From Octopus vulgaris (taxonomy: Eukaryota), in assembly GCA_951406725.2 (NCBI GenBank), contig OX597829.1, positions 52,514,001 through 52,578,000 of the forward strand: a DNA stretch of 64,000 bases, in the 5' to 3' direction. The notes below the pieces were generated by a model. The model was not told the origin of the DNA, made no database searches, and saw only the letters and a list, made by a program, of their open reading frames with translations. Shown in pieces: positions 26,710-41,059 of this stretch (the first letter of the stretch is position 1; each line of letters begins with the position of its first letter). The translations under genes and the position numbers were made by a program.

Positions 26710-29697
26710 CCTAGAACGATGTTTCTGCTACATGTGAACAACATTGAACACATCACAGAAAAGAAAAAAAGGGCCTTAATTGATTGGTGCAGTCGTACTC
26801 TAATGTATTTCAACTTGTAATAACATGTGGACACATTGCCTTCTCGCTCTTCCTTTTCTGCCCCGAGGATCCCTTCTGGTTTCGTATCACCTCCCACACA
26901 GCCTTATTGGTCATAATTGCTTCTCTTCTTGTCAGCCATGTTGTTCCCTCTGCACTACCATCATCATCATCATTTCACTTTAACACCCACATTTCTATGC
27001 TTGCATGGGTTGTATGGAGTTTATTGAGGCAGATTTTCTATGGTTGGATGTCCTTCCTGCTGCCAACCGTCATCTGATTCCAAACAATTTAATATTTCCC
27101 CGTAGCCAGACATATTCTTGCATCATGTTGGAAATGAATGACACTGCTTGTATGTCAGTGACACTCATTTACAACTACATGCAGTAGCAAAACAAGGAGA
27201 CACAATCGTATACACACACACACATCCTGACCACTCTTCAAACCTTTTCTCACCAGAGTATCACACGCCTGGAATTTGTTCTCCCATCAATGTTTTTCCT
27301 ACAGTCTTCAAACTGTGGTTGCTCAATATAAAACTCAAATATATTGATTTCACCAGTCTCTGAGCTGCTACGGAGGCTATGTATCTAGTCCCATCTTCTT
27401 AACATGACCCCCCTCCCCTTTAAAAAAAACAACAACAAAAAGAAAACCCCCAGAAAAAACAGAAAACAAACAGAGACAGTGTACACTATCCAGTGTTCTT
27501 TTCCTCAGATGACGGGACATGATGTAAGGCAGATTATTTAGAAGGTTGAACACTTGTAAAATGCATTTGCTTAGGATAATGTTAAACAACTGTCGTCAGC
27601 TAAGGATCTTTTTTTAGAGATTTGTAACTGAATTGGTTCTATAATGGAATCAATCCACAAGTCGCATCATTCATCACTGAGGACGAGGGTGGGTTGAATG
27701 TGAATGCATTGCCGCTTGGTTACTTTCAGTCTTTTCATGAAATGCACAGAATTGGAACTGATAGCAAATAAGACCAATCACTGCTTCCATCAAATCGGTT
27801 TTATCAAAAGAACCAAATGTACATGCCCATACAAGACTTCAGGATGTGACACCTGCAGAGATGTGAAAAAGTTTCCTGGATTGACAGTGTTGATGGGGAT
27901 GGTGGACAAGTCAGTACCTTGTGCATGTTGGTCTGCAAGCAAACCTGTGTCTACACTGGTGTTTGAAGAACACACACCCAGGGATAGTCATGAATTTCTT
28001 GTCATTTCTGCACCTGTTTTACAACATGGCAACTTGTTCAACAACATGCCATTGCACAAATGGTGCAACAATGTTTGATTGTGAACGAAAATGAAGCTGA
28101 ATACAAAAAAAAAATTGTGAATATTAATTAAAAAAAGAAGTCTTTTTATTTGTGCACATAACTTGGGGATGTTAATTTCAACCAATTTAAACAAATTAAT
28201 TTGGTGTCATCACATTTAGTACATAAAATTTAATCAGAGCAATGGAGGTTAATGTAATCTCTTTGCTGGATTAGTATGACAAGTCTGGTCTTTGGAATAA
28301 ATTGCAAGCACAATCCATTCATTGAGCTTCCACACAGTTTCCATCAACCCAGTATTACTCACAAGGGCTGAGGCAGATCTAGGCTATAGTAAAACATGTG
28401 TCTGAAATACCTTGTTGCTGTGAATCTAATCAGGGACTTCATGGTTGTAAAGTATACCTTTTAATCAGTCAACCATGCCTATATCAAACATAAATATCAA
28501 ATCTATTGTTCTGAAAAGCTGATTGCTATTTTCATAGCAAAACTGAATGAATAAGTTTGTAGTAGAGTCATTAGAAAGAACAATGGAAGGAAAACTTGTC
28601 AGGTTTTTTTCTATTTTTTGTGTGTGTAGGGTAAGCAGATAATTTATTCATTATTTTGTTATTGTTTTAAATACTTTTTTTTCTCTTCCCCTTTGCCATC
28701 CAATGGGTTACTGATTCCAGAAAGATTACAGGAACTGTTATTCTGTGAATAATAGATCCGATGAAGGACTACTAAAGCTTGTTGTAATAAGGATTGCTTA
28801 TCTCATAGTAAGAGCATATTAACCCTTTTTGTAATCATTGCCACGTTTCTGTTGAAATACGCTGCATGCGTTTCAACTAATTTTGAAAATAATGAAGAAT
28901 TTAGTAAAATAGCTTTGTCTGTTTGAACCATAAATTGACAAGAAATTTTAATAAAAAGTTTAAACTTAAACCACTTTAAACAGAAAGATGTAGGGTTGAT
29001 CTTGGGTATGTTGGTATAAAAAGAGTTAGGATAAAGCAAGTTTTTTTTTTTTTATATCTTGTGATTTTGTATTCAATGGTCAGCTTGGATAACATACTAT
29101 TTTCATGGTTTGAAACATTTTGTGATTGCATCCCATTGCGACAGTCTCTAAGTGGTCTACCAACCTATTAGAAATGGCAGCCAAATCTCTTCCAGATCAC
29201 ACACTGCTGTTTTAAAAACAAATGAGACATGGACACATTGAATAATGTGGTCTAGATACACTGATACTAAAAACAAGATAAGTTGATCATTTGGAAAGCC
29301 TTTTGATTGTAGGGTTGCTCTACTGGGGTTGTCCTGAGTCTAAACATCATTATGAGGTGATGGTTGAGGTAAAATATGAAGAAATTTCTTAGTGTCACTT
29401 CAGCCTGCAGTCTACCTGGCCATTTATGCCTTAGTGTGCTGTTTAAACCTAAACCTTATCCTGATCCTAATCCAGATTATGGATACTGTGGTAGATTGCA
29501 TGTTAAAGTAGCAGTGGTTTCTTCAACTGGTTTTTCATTTGTGCAAGTGTATACATGCATGTGTGTGTGTGTGTGTGTGTGTATTTATGTATATGTATGT
29601 ATGCGTATGTGAGTGTATGTATGTGTGTATGTATGTATGTATGTATGTGTGTATGTATGAGTGTATGTATGTGTGTGTATGTATGTATGTATGTATG

Positions 29698-29729
<32 letters not shown>

Positions 29730-31015
29730 CGTGCATGTATGCGTGCACACCTTTCTGTCTGTAATGGTTGACTTGTTGAAGTGATAGGTTTAGTGAAATT
29801 TCTTCTTATGACCATATATGATCAATAGTTGAGTCATAAGTGCTTCATGAGAAGATATGAATAGAAATGGAAGCTCTTTATAGTTTATTCAGCTGTAGGC
29901 TAGTGCTGACTCGGCCAGACGCATGATCAGACATTTCAACCAGGACCATCCCATGCTGGTTAGTATTTCCCATCTCATTGTGTAACCAAGACTACTTCTT
30001 CCTCTGTCTTTACCTTTCTTTTAAGATGATAGGATGAGATTTGAGGGGAAATTTGGCTACTATGTCTAGCTGGGTGAGCAACGGGTGCAAGCTATTGCCC
30101 TCGTAGGCTCTCTTCAGATTATAGGGGATATGGTGTGGGGAGAGAGAAAGCTAGATTCAGCATGATAGGGTGTGTGTGTGTGTGTACCCAGAAGTAATAA
30201 TAATGTAATAGATTGCATTATGGAGTTTAGCTTAGTGCTTTGTATTTCTGAGTTATAGATCTCGGCAGGGTAAGGCTGTGGGTATGTAGGGCTGGGCAGG
30301 TGTGTGTGTGTGTGATAAAAGGAACATTAAATAATTTACTCGGTCATTTCACTCAACCGTGCCACTCCTCTTATACAAATTTCCCTTTTCACTGATTTTA
30401 TGAAAAATTCTTATACTGCTCTTTAATTTAGATACATCAAATCACTATAATTATTTTAATTGACATTAGCAATGAGGGTGTTTTTTTTTTTAAATTAGGG
30501 TCTTCTTGAGCTAGTTATTCTTTTTAGAGCCCCCACATAGCTCTATAAAGAAGGAAGATACCTAGGTATTTGTGTGATATGAAGTGTCCCCATCACCTGA
30601 ACTGGTGTCTTGTGCTTTTGTCTTCTTAGCATATTCATTGATAGTAAACTGGACTAAATCATTGATAATAAATTAACTATAGGTGCGGGAGTAGCTGTGT
30701 GGTAAGTAGCTTGCTTACCTACCACATGATCCCAGGTTCAGTCCCACTGCATGGCACCTTGGGCAAGTGTCTTCTACTATTGCCTCGGGCCAACCAAAGC
30801 CATGTTTCTGAACAAAAGAACATCAAAATCCAAGATGCCTCTTGTTTTGCAACAGTATTCTAATTGTGTTTGGGATTCTATTTCTTGAAGAAATATGATT
30901 CCATCAACACCTCAACCCCTGGCCCACCAAAAAGAAAAAGAAAAAAAGTAAGAAAAGTACATTATGCAGTAACCTATTTAGCTTAGCCTAAATATCAGTG
31001 ATCAGTATTGTATGC

Positions 31016-31063
<48 letters not shown>

Positions 31064-32041
31064 ATGTGTGTCTGTTTGATCCCTAACATAGCCCAACTTA
31101 TTGAAGTATATGTCAGCCGCTATCTTCAAAGCCTGTGGTGGTTGGTGTCTACACTATTCATAGAATGAGGATATCAACAGCTGATGTTCCTCAATCAGTG
31201 TGAGTCATGTCAGAAGTAAACTGGATTCTAGAACAACAAAAAGAGAAAAAGAGAAAAAGAAAAAAAAAAAAATCTGGAAACAGGTGTTTATAAATAAATT
31301 ATACATTCTTTTACTTTTTGCGGCTATATCAATACGGACTGATATCTGAAATATCTAATTTACTTCCTCCACTTGCAAAACATTACTGAACTAATCACCT
31401 GGTTTATAGGAAATATTTCTCCCAAAACACACGTGTGCATGCATATGCACACACACACACACAGTCTCTTACACAGTCTCTCTCTTTCACGCGCCGTCTC
31501 ATGCGCCATCTCTCTCTCATGCATGTACAGTCTCTTTCATGCACACAGTCTTTCTCTCTCAAGCACACACACACACACACATACACAGTCTCTTACGTGC
31601 AGTCTCTCACATGCAGTGTCTTGCACATGCTGTCTCTCTCTCGTGTGCATGCACAGTCAGTCTCTCTCTCTCTCGCGCGCATGCATGCACACACACACAC
31701 ACACACGTGCAGTTACTCATGATTTAAACCAAAAATATTGTATTCTCCATTCTATCAGACAGGACCTCTCACACTCCCTCCCTCCCTCTCACACACTTTC
31801 TGTTTCCCTTGCTTCACTCCATATTCTAATCACCTTTCTTTCCGATTGTCTCTCTCTACACTCTGCTCTCACCCTTTCCCCTTGTTTCTTCTCTTCTTTG
31901 TGAACCTTGCACAAATCTTTGAATACAATCGTGTACATCACACACACACCTCTCAACACATACCTTCTCTTTGTTTTTCTTTCAATCACTCTACTACTGA
32001 TTCCCTTCAGTGTTAGAATAGGCTCTCATTTCTCTCTCACC

Positions 32042-32303
32042 CCTCTCTGCCTCTCTTTCTCTCTCTGCCTCTCTTTCTCTCTCTGCCTCTCTTTCTCTCT
32101 CTGCCTCTCTTTCTCTCTCTGCTTCTCTTTCTCTCTCTGCTTCTCTTTCTCTCTCTGCCTCTCTTTTTCTCTCTGCCTCTCTTTTTCTCTCTGCCTCTCT
32201 TTTTCTCTCTGCCTCTCTTTTTCTCTCTGCCTCTCTTTTTCTCTCTGCCTCTCTTTCTCTCTCTGCTTCTCTTTCTCTCTCTGCTTCTCTTTCTCTCTCT
32301 GCT
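32042..32303. repeat. 18-bp pyrimidine minisatellite (CTCTCTGCCTCTCTTTCT)n
   Basis: About 14 units visible directly. Confidence 0.95.
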
Positions 32304-32749
32304 TGTATCTATACATGCACACACACACACACACACACGCACAGTTATGGGCTTCTTTCAGTTTCCCTCTGCCAAATCCACTCACAAGGCTTTGGTCAGC
32401 TGGAGGATATAGTTGAAATGCTTACCCAGTGTATCTCACAGTGGGACTGAACCCAGTACCATGTGGTTGGGAATTCATGTTTCTTCTTTCTGAAGTTGAT
32501 AGAATTAGTTTGAGACAGAGTACTGGGGTTGATATAATAAACTTCAAAATCCTTGAACACTCTGGCCTCTGCATAACCATAGTAAAAAAACTTGTAAGAG
32601 AACATACACACCTACATTTGCGTATGTATGTTTTCAGTGGTCTAAGGACATTGTAACAAGTGAATGCTTTAAAAAGAAAATATGTAGGTAATTTTGAGAG
32701 GAAACAATAGTTGATCTTTAAAACTTAGCACTGGGCACCTGAGCACTAT

Positions 32750-33307
32750 ACACATGATTGCCCCGCCGATCTCCTTTAACAAGGAGGGAAAGGCCGTTTT
32801 CCTGTGTCTAGTGGCTGTAGCGAAAGAGGTGGTATGGTGGACCCGTTTGAAAGGGCTAAGGTCTGACACTTTCCTCTTTGGCCCAGGCCTCATCAACTTT
32901 TTCAAGTTTCACTTGAAAAGGAAGGTGAGAGTAGAGAGGGAAGTGCTGTCTGATGGCAAGTTTACTGAAAGGTGGGTAAATGTCACAAGAATGGCCAGTA
33001 TAAATGGACCAATTCTGAGGATACACCTGTTGTATAAAAAGGTATTATAAAAGGAGAAAGGGGCTCTCTACCCCCCTTTTTGACCAGGCTCCCGTGGCTT
33101 TTATGGGTTTTTCCATGAGTAATCTTTCGAAGTGCCTCCCCCTATTGGGAATTTCAATTGTTATATTTTCGTTGTTATCTCTGGAATTTTTACACGGTTT
33201 TTCACAAACGGACAAAACCCTTTGTAACTTTCGTCCTGTGTTTTGTCCCTTTATGTTTTAATTAATTTTTGTCAGCCCTTGTGGCCAATTAACGAATTAA
33301 TTATTAT
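32750..33307 (+). mobile_element. 5'-truncated L1/Tx1-type LINE (ORF2 C-terminus plus 3' UTR)
   Basis: ORF 32754-33050 (AVFLCLVAVAKEVVWWTR...FFKFHLKRKVRVERE...FTERW) resembles the Tx1-like ORF2 end (AK..IW..R ... F...W). The T-rich UTR ends cagcccttgtggccaattaacgaa followed by (tta)n. Confidence 0.65.
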
Positions 33308-33929
33308 TATTTTCGTCTGCTATTACATTCTGAGTTCAAATTCTGCCAATGTTGACTTTGTCTTTCATTGCTTCAGGGTCGATTAAATAAGTACCAGTTA
33401 CACACTAGGGTTGATGTAATAGACTTAATCCCTTTTTCTGCCTCCTCTATGTTTAGCCCCCCTGAAATAAAAACTATTATTGTTACTATACACAATAATT
33501 TCATTTATCATTGTTATGAATTGGACCTAGCTACTTTCTCTCCAACCTTCAGTTAACATTTTCTCTCTCTGTTTTCATCTCTGTATACAACATGATATAA
33601 TGACGTAAAAGTGACGTCGATTACTAATATCCTACCATCAACTAGTAACAGACCTACCACATGTCACATAACTTGATTGCAAGGCTATCTCTAAATGTGT
33701 CGAATTAATTTCTCACATGAGAGAGCAAAAATTACTTCAGTTTACTTCTTATCTGTTTTAAAGTGGACCAGCAACATCAGCAATAATATCCATTCATGAT
33801 TACTCATGCATGAATGAATGAATGCTGTCAAAATAGTTGTGCCATGCTAAAATTGTAACCAAGAAAGTGAAAGAAATTAATGTATTATTTTCTGCCAGAT
33901 TTTCCCATTTTATAGGAAATGAATGAGTG

Positions 33930-34480
33930 CTGGCATGGGTGTGCGGTAGGAAATTTGCTTTCTAGCTACATGGTTTTGGGTTCAGTCCCCTGCTGTGCTG
34001 CACCTTAGGCAAAGTGCCTTCTACTACAGCCCTGAGCTGACCAAAGCCTTGTGAGTGGATTTAGTAGGTAGATGGAAACTGAAAGAAGCCTGTTGTATGT
34101 GTGTGTGTGTGTGTCTACTTGACACTACTTGTGTCACCACCTGACAACTACTGTTGGTTTGTTTACGTTCATGTAAATTAGTAGTCTTGCAAAAGACACT
34201 GACAGAATAAGTACCAGATTTAGGGGACAAAAAGAGTACCGGGAGTCAATTTGTTTAACTAAAACCCTTCAAGGTGGTACCTTTGCATGACTGCAATCCA
34301 ATGACTGAAATGTGTAAAAGATAAAGCAAAACAAAATATAAACAAACATTGCTTACCAACCACATGGTTCCTGGTTCAATCCCACTGTGTGGCACCTTGG
34401 GCAAGTGTCTTCTACTATAGCCTCAGGCTGACCAAAGCCTTGTGAGTGGATTTGGTAGACGGAAACTGAAAGAAGCCTGT

Positions 34481-34511
<31 letters not shown>

Positions 34512-34610
34512 GTGTGTATGTGTGTGGGTGTGTTTGTTTGTTTCCCCACCATTGCTTGACAACCAATGCTGGTGTTTTAGGTCCCCGTATTTTAGCAGTT
34601 CGGCGAAAGT
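33930..34610 (+). mobile_element. Two family A SINEs in tandem
   Basis: 33930-34325 is full length; 34349-34610 is truncated. Confidence 0.8.
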
Positions 34611-34808
34611 AATAATAGTAATGATAATGATGATGGTGATAACAATCCTTTCTACAATGGGTAGAGGTTCACTGCTTATTTTACTGATCCTGTAAGGATG
34701 ACAGGCAAACTTGACCCTGGCAGAATTTGAACTCAGAATGTAATGGGTTGGAAGAAATACTGGCAAACATTTTGTTTGCCCCACTAATGATTCTGCTAGC
34801 TCCCTACC

Positions 34809-35033
34809 TTAACTCTTTCGATACCAACCCAGCTGAAACCGGCTCTGGGTCTGTAGTGCAAATGTCTTGTTTTCATAAGTTTTAAATTAAAATCTTCCAG
34901 CAAACCTTAGTCACAATTTATGTTCCTAACACTAGATTAATGACAAGTAAGTTATTTTACTAAATTCTTTGTTATTTTTAAAGTAATTGAAACACAGAGC
35001 ATCTCAACAGAAATATGGTAACAAAAGGGTTAA
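34809..35033. mobile_element. M1 MITE, opposite orientation
   Basis: Reverse complement of 39495-39724, with TTAA at both ends. Confidence 0.75.
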
Positions 35034-35989
35034 TAATAATAATTATAATGATGATGATTTCTGACATTAATTAGCACAAGGCATAAATTAGTGGGAGGGG
35101 TAGCATTTGTTAAAACAAACCTAGTACATGACAGATACTTTTTTTTTGTCATGTGCAGGCATGTGGTTGCTTCTCAACCATGTGGTTTTGGGTTCAGTCC
35201 CAATGTGTGGCATCTTGGGCAAGTATCTTGTATTATAGCCTCGAACTGACCAATGCCTTCTGAGTGCATTTCATAGACAGAAACTGAAAGAAGCCCATCA
35301 TATATGTATGTGTGTTTCCCTGTCACTACTTTACAATCAGTGTTGGTGTGTTTACGTCCCCGTAACCTAGCGGTTCGGCAACAGAAAAGGGCTATAACTA
35401 TATACTGCAATTTGAAACCTCACTGTTAGCTCTTTGCTAATAGTTATTTGTTGCCTTGTTCTGTGTGTGTACCATCTCTGGCTGTTAGGAATAGTTCCTG
35501 ATTACCTGGGAATGTTTATCTGCAAAGGACTGGTTCCGTATCCTTAATACTATGAAGGTAGTTCTAAGTACTGACCCTTTTAAAAAGCACTTTTGGTGTA
35601 GGAAGTGTATTGGCATTTATGTGTGCATATGTATGAGTACTTGTGTGTGCATGTGCATGTGCACACATACACACATGCATGTGCATGTGTGTGTGTGTGT
35701 GCACAGCTCTGTTTTTCTTAGCTGTGGTCACTGATCTTTCTGATATCACTCAAAGCATTTTCTTAATGGTTTTAGAAGCCTACGTGTGGTAACATTCCAA
35801 TGGCTGCCTAAAATATTTGTATTGGTTAACTTGAGGAGTTATATTTAAATATTGATTGATTAATTGACTGTTGGTGTAACGTAATAGATATTGCATCACA
35901 TTTCATTAGCATTATCATCATTATCATTTGTCGTTACTATGGTTATGATTTTCGTCATCGTTACAATTGTCACGATCGTCATTACTAAC

Positions 35990-36300
35990 ATTGTCGATTT
36001 ACAAACATCAATCATCACCACCATCAATCATCATCACCGTCACCGTCAATCACCGTGACCGTCACCATCAATCATCGTGACCGTCACCGCCAATCATTGT
36101 GACCGTCACCGTCAATCATTGTGACTGTCACCATCAATGATCATCGTCACCATCACTGTCAATCATCATCGTCATCGTCAATCATCACCGTCACCGCCAA
36201 GCACCATCATCACTGACAATCGTCAGCCAATCATCATCGTCACTGTCAATCATTATTGTCGTCAGTCATCATCACAATCACCATCAACATCACTATCATA
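35990..36300. repeat. Degenerate CAT/CAC/CGT repeat with a ~21-bp higher-order unit
   Basis: Recurrent gtgaccgtcaccRtcaatcat. Confidence 0.8.
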
Positions 36301-37985
36301 ATTAAAATGCCATACCAGAGTGTCTTTCTATTTTAGTCAATTTCAAGGTGAAGTAAAACTACCCCATGGTGCCATAACAGCATGGGGCACTTACTTTTGA
36401 ACCAAAAGTTTAAGATGGGTGGATGGTGGAAGTTTGGTAAATGTTTAGTTTGAAATGTTGTGGGTTCATATTTTTGGCTGGCATCTACCTACATAAGGCA
36501 AGTTTCACTGTAATAAAGCTTGTTATTTCAGATAGTGTTATTATTATCTCCCCACTTTCTTCTTTTTCTTTTGCTTTTCTATACTTTAGTGTAGGGAGTT
36601 TTATTAGAACTTAGAATAATTGTTTTTAGAGCTGGGTGCTCATCTAATTGATAACCATTACAACACTCTGAAGCTGGAGGGGAGAGTTAGGTTTGAGGGG
36701 GTGGGTGGGATGTCAGTCAAAATGAGCAGACTTATGTGGGCTTGCTAGGTCCCTCTACTGTTCATGTTTGTATCTCAAAAGGGTCAACTTTACTGCTTAT
36801 CTTTTTTTTTTTTTTTGAAATAAAATGTTTTGTGTGTGTTTTGACTATGGACTGATGTGAAGATTATTTCACTATCTTCCTTTGACTGGGAAGGACAAGT
36901 ATGTTTTCTTTTGTTTAGTGGTGAAAGGAATTATGTAGTGGATGTAATTGAAAGAACTAAAGACAGCTAGTTTTTTCTATGGCCAGTTCCTCATTGACTG
37001 TTTCAAGTTTTGTTTGTTGAGGAGGATGAGATCAGAGAAGGTGATACTGGGGGGGGGGGGGTACATAAAATAAAGTACCACTCGAATACTGGCATTGGCT
37101 TCAGCTACTTCCATTTTCACCACCTTTAAATATCTAGTCTTGTACTTGCATTAGAAATTATTTTAATGAAATAAATATCTTTACAGACAAATAAAACTTT
37201 TTTTTTAATGCGCTATTGAATTAATTGCTGGAAGAGATTGGATGAATTAAGACTGATGTATGGGACACATTTTTCAGCCAGTCATAAGATAAATACAGGG
37301 ACTGCAAACAGGCATGTGATGAAAAATTTCATCTATAAGAGTTACTATGACAACTGGTCATAATTATTACTGATATGAGATGGGTGGTGGTGGGGGGGGG
37401 GGGCAAGAAAGTTTTAGGCTCCAGCAGATCATTATTAAAAATGGGATTGGAATGAAGTAAGCAGTGAAGTGTTGTTAATAAAGTGGGTGAATTTTTCTTG
37501 CAAAATTCCCTTGAGCATTAAGAGAAATGGGAGCTGTAAATTCTTCTAAGACATTTTCTTGGGGCAATATATGAAGACTTTCGAGGAATAAAGTACAGTT
37601 TTTTCTGAAAACCAGGATCTGTTTATGCATTTCATAATTAGGCTGCTTCGTTGATATTTCATTGAACACGAATAAATAATCAAATAAATAACCTCAAATT
37701 CGGATACAGATGTTTAACTGGAAAAAGGATATGGGTAGGGAGAAATGAAGAATTTGTAAATAATTTGAAAATATTTTCTCTTACAGTCCTAAATTAAGTT
37801 TTTCTGCATTGTTTTTCATTTTTTTTTTATCCCCTAAAAACTGAAACAGTATTAATATTTCATCTCTCTTCTACTACTACAACTGTCTTTACTTCATAGC
37901 CTACAGCTATTGGTAAAGTAACTATCTGTAATATACTGCAGTATATACATCAGCGTGTTAATTTCATTCATTGTGCCTCTGTTAA

Positions 37986-38388
37986 TACTCTTTTACTCTT
38001 TTACTTGTTTTAGTCATTTGACTGCGGCCATGCTGGAGCACCACCTTTAATTGAGCAAATTGACCCTGGGACTTATTCTTTGTAAGCCCAGTACTTATTC
38101 TATCGGTCTCTTTTGCTGAACCACTAAGTGACGGGGACGTAAACACACCAGCATCGGTTGTCAAGCAATGGTGGGGGGACAAACATAGACACACAAACAT
38201 ATACACACACATACATATATATACATATATACGACAAGCTTCTTTCAGTTTCCGTCTACCAAATCCACTCACAAGGCTTTGGTCGGCCTGAGGCTATAGC
38301 AGAAGACACTTGCCCAAGATGCCATGCAGTGGGATTGAACCCGGAACCATGTGGTTGGTTAGCAAGCTACTTACCACACAGCCACTCC
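37986..38388 (-). mobile_element. Family A SINE, full length and young
   Basis: Close reverse complement of 5988-6391. Confidence 0.9.
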
Positions 38389-39494
38389 AATGCTTACATC
38401 TTTTGAATATTCTTTTATGTAAATATATCTAAATATTTTGATTTCTTATTAAATATCTAAATGCCTGCAATATTAACAACAGCAGCTCATCTCGGTTTTC
38501 AAACCATTTAGCAATGAGACATTTAAAAAAATAATATTTACAACTGCACATCAAAGCAATCATTGCAATAGGTTTTGATCCCTAATGGTCGTCACTGAGT
38601 GTCATATTCCTGAATGTATATTAATTTTTTTTCTTCTAAATCATTGGAAATATCTTCAGTTTGAAAATTTATAGGAATATTAATACTGCTATTCATTAGC
38701 AGGTTGTTGTTCTTACATTCATCATCATCATCGTTTAACACCCGCTTTTCATGCTAGCATGGGTTGGACGATTTTGACTGAGGACTGGCAAACCAGATGG
38801 CTGCACCAGGCTCCAATCTTGATAACATTATAGCTATGAAGTGCTTTGGTTTTAATACATTGACTCAATGAGCTACAAGCATGCCACACTTTAGTGCAAT
38901 GTTTGTCATAGGTAGAGGGAAACAGCCCTTTTTCTGGAGTAGTGCTCTGAGGATTGAAAAGAGGTGGATGGATGAATTGCTGTTTAGCCCTTTAGTATTT
39001 AAACTGGCCAGATCCAACCTCTCTCACCTACCCTACAATGTCATTCTGAAAATAGTCACATCATTTAAATCTTGAAGGTACAATATAATATGCATGATTA
39101 ATTCAAAATAATGTGAATAAATAAGAATTACATTTGGAGAGTAGTGGAGCTGCATGGCTTAGTGGGTTAGGGTGTTGAACTCTTGACCAGATGATTGCGA
39201 TTTCAATTCCCAGACCAGGCAGTGTATTGTGTTCTTGAGCAAAACACTTCATTTCATGTTGTCCTAGTCCACTCAACTGGCAAAGATGAGTAATCCTTTG
39301 ATAGATTGGCATTATGTCCAGAGAAGAATTTATACACCAGAGAAACCAGAAAACCAGCCCCTATGTTCCTTGCAGAGCAATGTGGACTAACTGCATTTGA
39401 AAAGTAACCTGAATGCTAAGGGGTTAATTAATTAAAATTAACATGGTTTTAGATTTAGGCAAAGAATTATATGGAGGCAATCTTTGTGTTGTTC

Positions 39495-39978
39495 TTAACC
39501 CTTTTGTTACCATATTTCTGTTGAGATGCTCTGTGTTTCTTTCAATTAATTTTAAATATAACAAAGAATTTAGTAAAATAACTTAGTTATCATTAAGCTA
39601 GTGTTAGGAACATAAATTGTGACTAAGGTTTGGGGGGAGATTTTAATGAAAAACTTATGAAAACAAGACATTTGTACTACAGAGCCAGAGGTGGTTTCAA
39701 CCGGGTTGGTAATAAAAGGGTTAAGAATTGTTTCTCTTTTATATATTTTAACCCTTTTGTTACCATATTCCTGTTGAGATGCTCTGTGTTTCCATCAATT
39801 AATTTTAAATATGACAAAGAATTTAGTAGAATAACTTAGTTATCATTAGGCTAGTGTTAGAAACATAAATTTTGACTAAGGTTTTGGTGGAAGGTTTTAA
39901 TTGAACACTTTTGAAAACAAGACATTTGTATTATAGAGGTAGAGGCAGTTTCAGCTGGGTTGGTAATATAATGGTTAA
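39495..39978. mobile_element. Two tandem TTAA-flanked piggyBac-like MITEs (family M1)
   Basis: Copies at 39495-39724 and 39748-39978, each running ttaa-ccctttt-gttacca ... tggtaa-taaaa-ggg-ttaa; the second right end is degenerate. Confidence 0.75.
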
Positions 39979-40434
39979 TAAAAAAGAGAGGGGTTTCATA
40001 ATATTTTGGTGAGTGGACCTGCTGGAATTTATTAATTTGAGAACTGCAGCAATAGAGTAATGTTTCCATATTCTGAATGACATGTTACATGCAAACATTC
40101 TGGACAGCATCCAGAATGGGACAATAAATATGGCTAAGTGACTTACAAACCTTCAACCACTGATGTACTACAACCACTAGCCATCATAACTGCTGTTTCT
40201 TATTGCTTTCCATTTGTTATTACTGTTATATATATATAACATGTAATAACTTCTGTAAACAATTGCAGTTATTAATATGTTGTAACAATTGATGTACAAT
40301 ACATGGCATTCACTTGCTGTCATAAGTGCAGGTTGTTTTTGCTATCCATGTTACTACATCATCTTCACCACTGTTTAACCTTCATTTTCCATGTTGGCAT
40401 GGGTTGGATGGTTCAACAGAAAGCAATGGACCAA

Positions 40435-40693
40435 AGCAAAGGAGGAGGAGGTGAAAGCAAAGGTGGCGAGCTGGCAGAAACGTTAGCATGCTGGGCGAAA
40501 TGCTTAGCTGTATTTCGTCTGTCGTTACGTTCAGAGTTCAAATTCTGCTGAGGTCGACTTTGCCTTTCATCCATTTGGGGTCGATAAATTAAGTACCAGT
40601 TACGCACTGGGGTCAAGGTAATCGACTTAATCCCTTTGTTTGTTGTCCTTGTTTGTCTCCTCTATTTAGCCTCTTGTGGGCAATAAAGAAATA
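40435..40693 (+). mobile_element. Family C SINE nested in a family B copy
   Basis: 17-bp TSD agaaagcaatggaccaa (40418-40434, 40694-40710). Confidence 0.9.
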
Positions 40694-41059
40694 AGAAAGC
40701 AATGGACCAATGGACTGCATCCTACTTCAGTGTTTTCTTTGGTATGGTTTCTACAGCTGGATGCCCTTCCTAATGCCAACCACTTTACTGAGTGTAATCA
40801 GTGCTCTTTTCATGGCACCTCCCATCAGTGAGGTCATGAAGTACACACAAGACCTCTCAACTGATAGAAGGGCAAGAACAAACGTCATTCTGAAGGAAAG
40901 ACACATGATTTCTCAATTGGAGAGAGAGAGAGATGGGAGAAATGGGAGGTCAAGGTATGAGATGAATATGAGAGAGAATAGGTATAGAGGAACAGAAAGA
41001 TTGGTGGATAGGTAAGTTTGAGTGTGAAAGGAATAATTAAAAATTAGAAATTAGAAATT

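Noticed and set aside
27704-28194. Cys-rich 124-aa ORF and opposite-strand ORFs
   Set aside because: No recognisable domain or splice signals. The faint Tc1-like resemblance on the minus strand is too weak to call.
32026-32385. ORF with QREKER repeats resembling a coiled-coil protein
   Set aside because: It is the translation of an 18-bp minisatellite plus SINE sequence.
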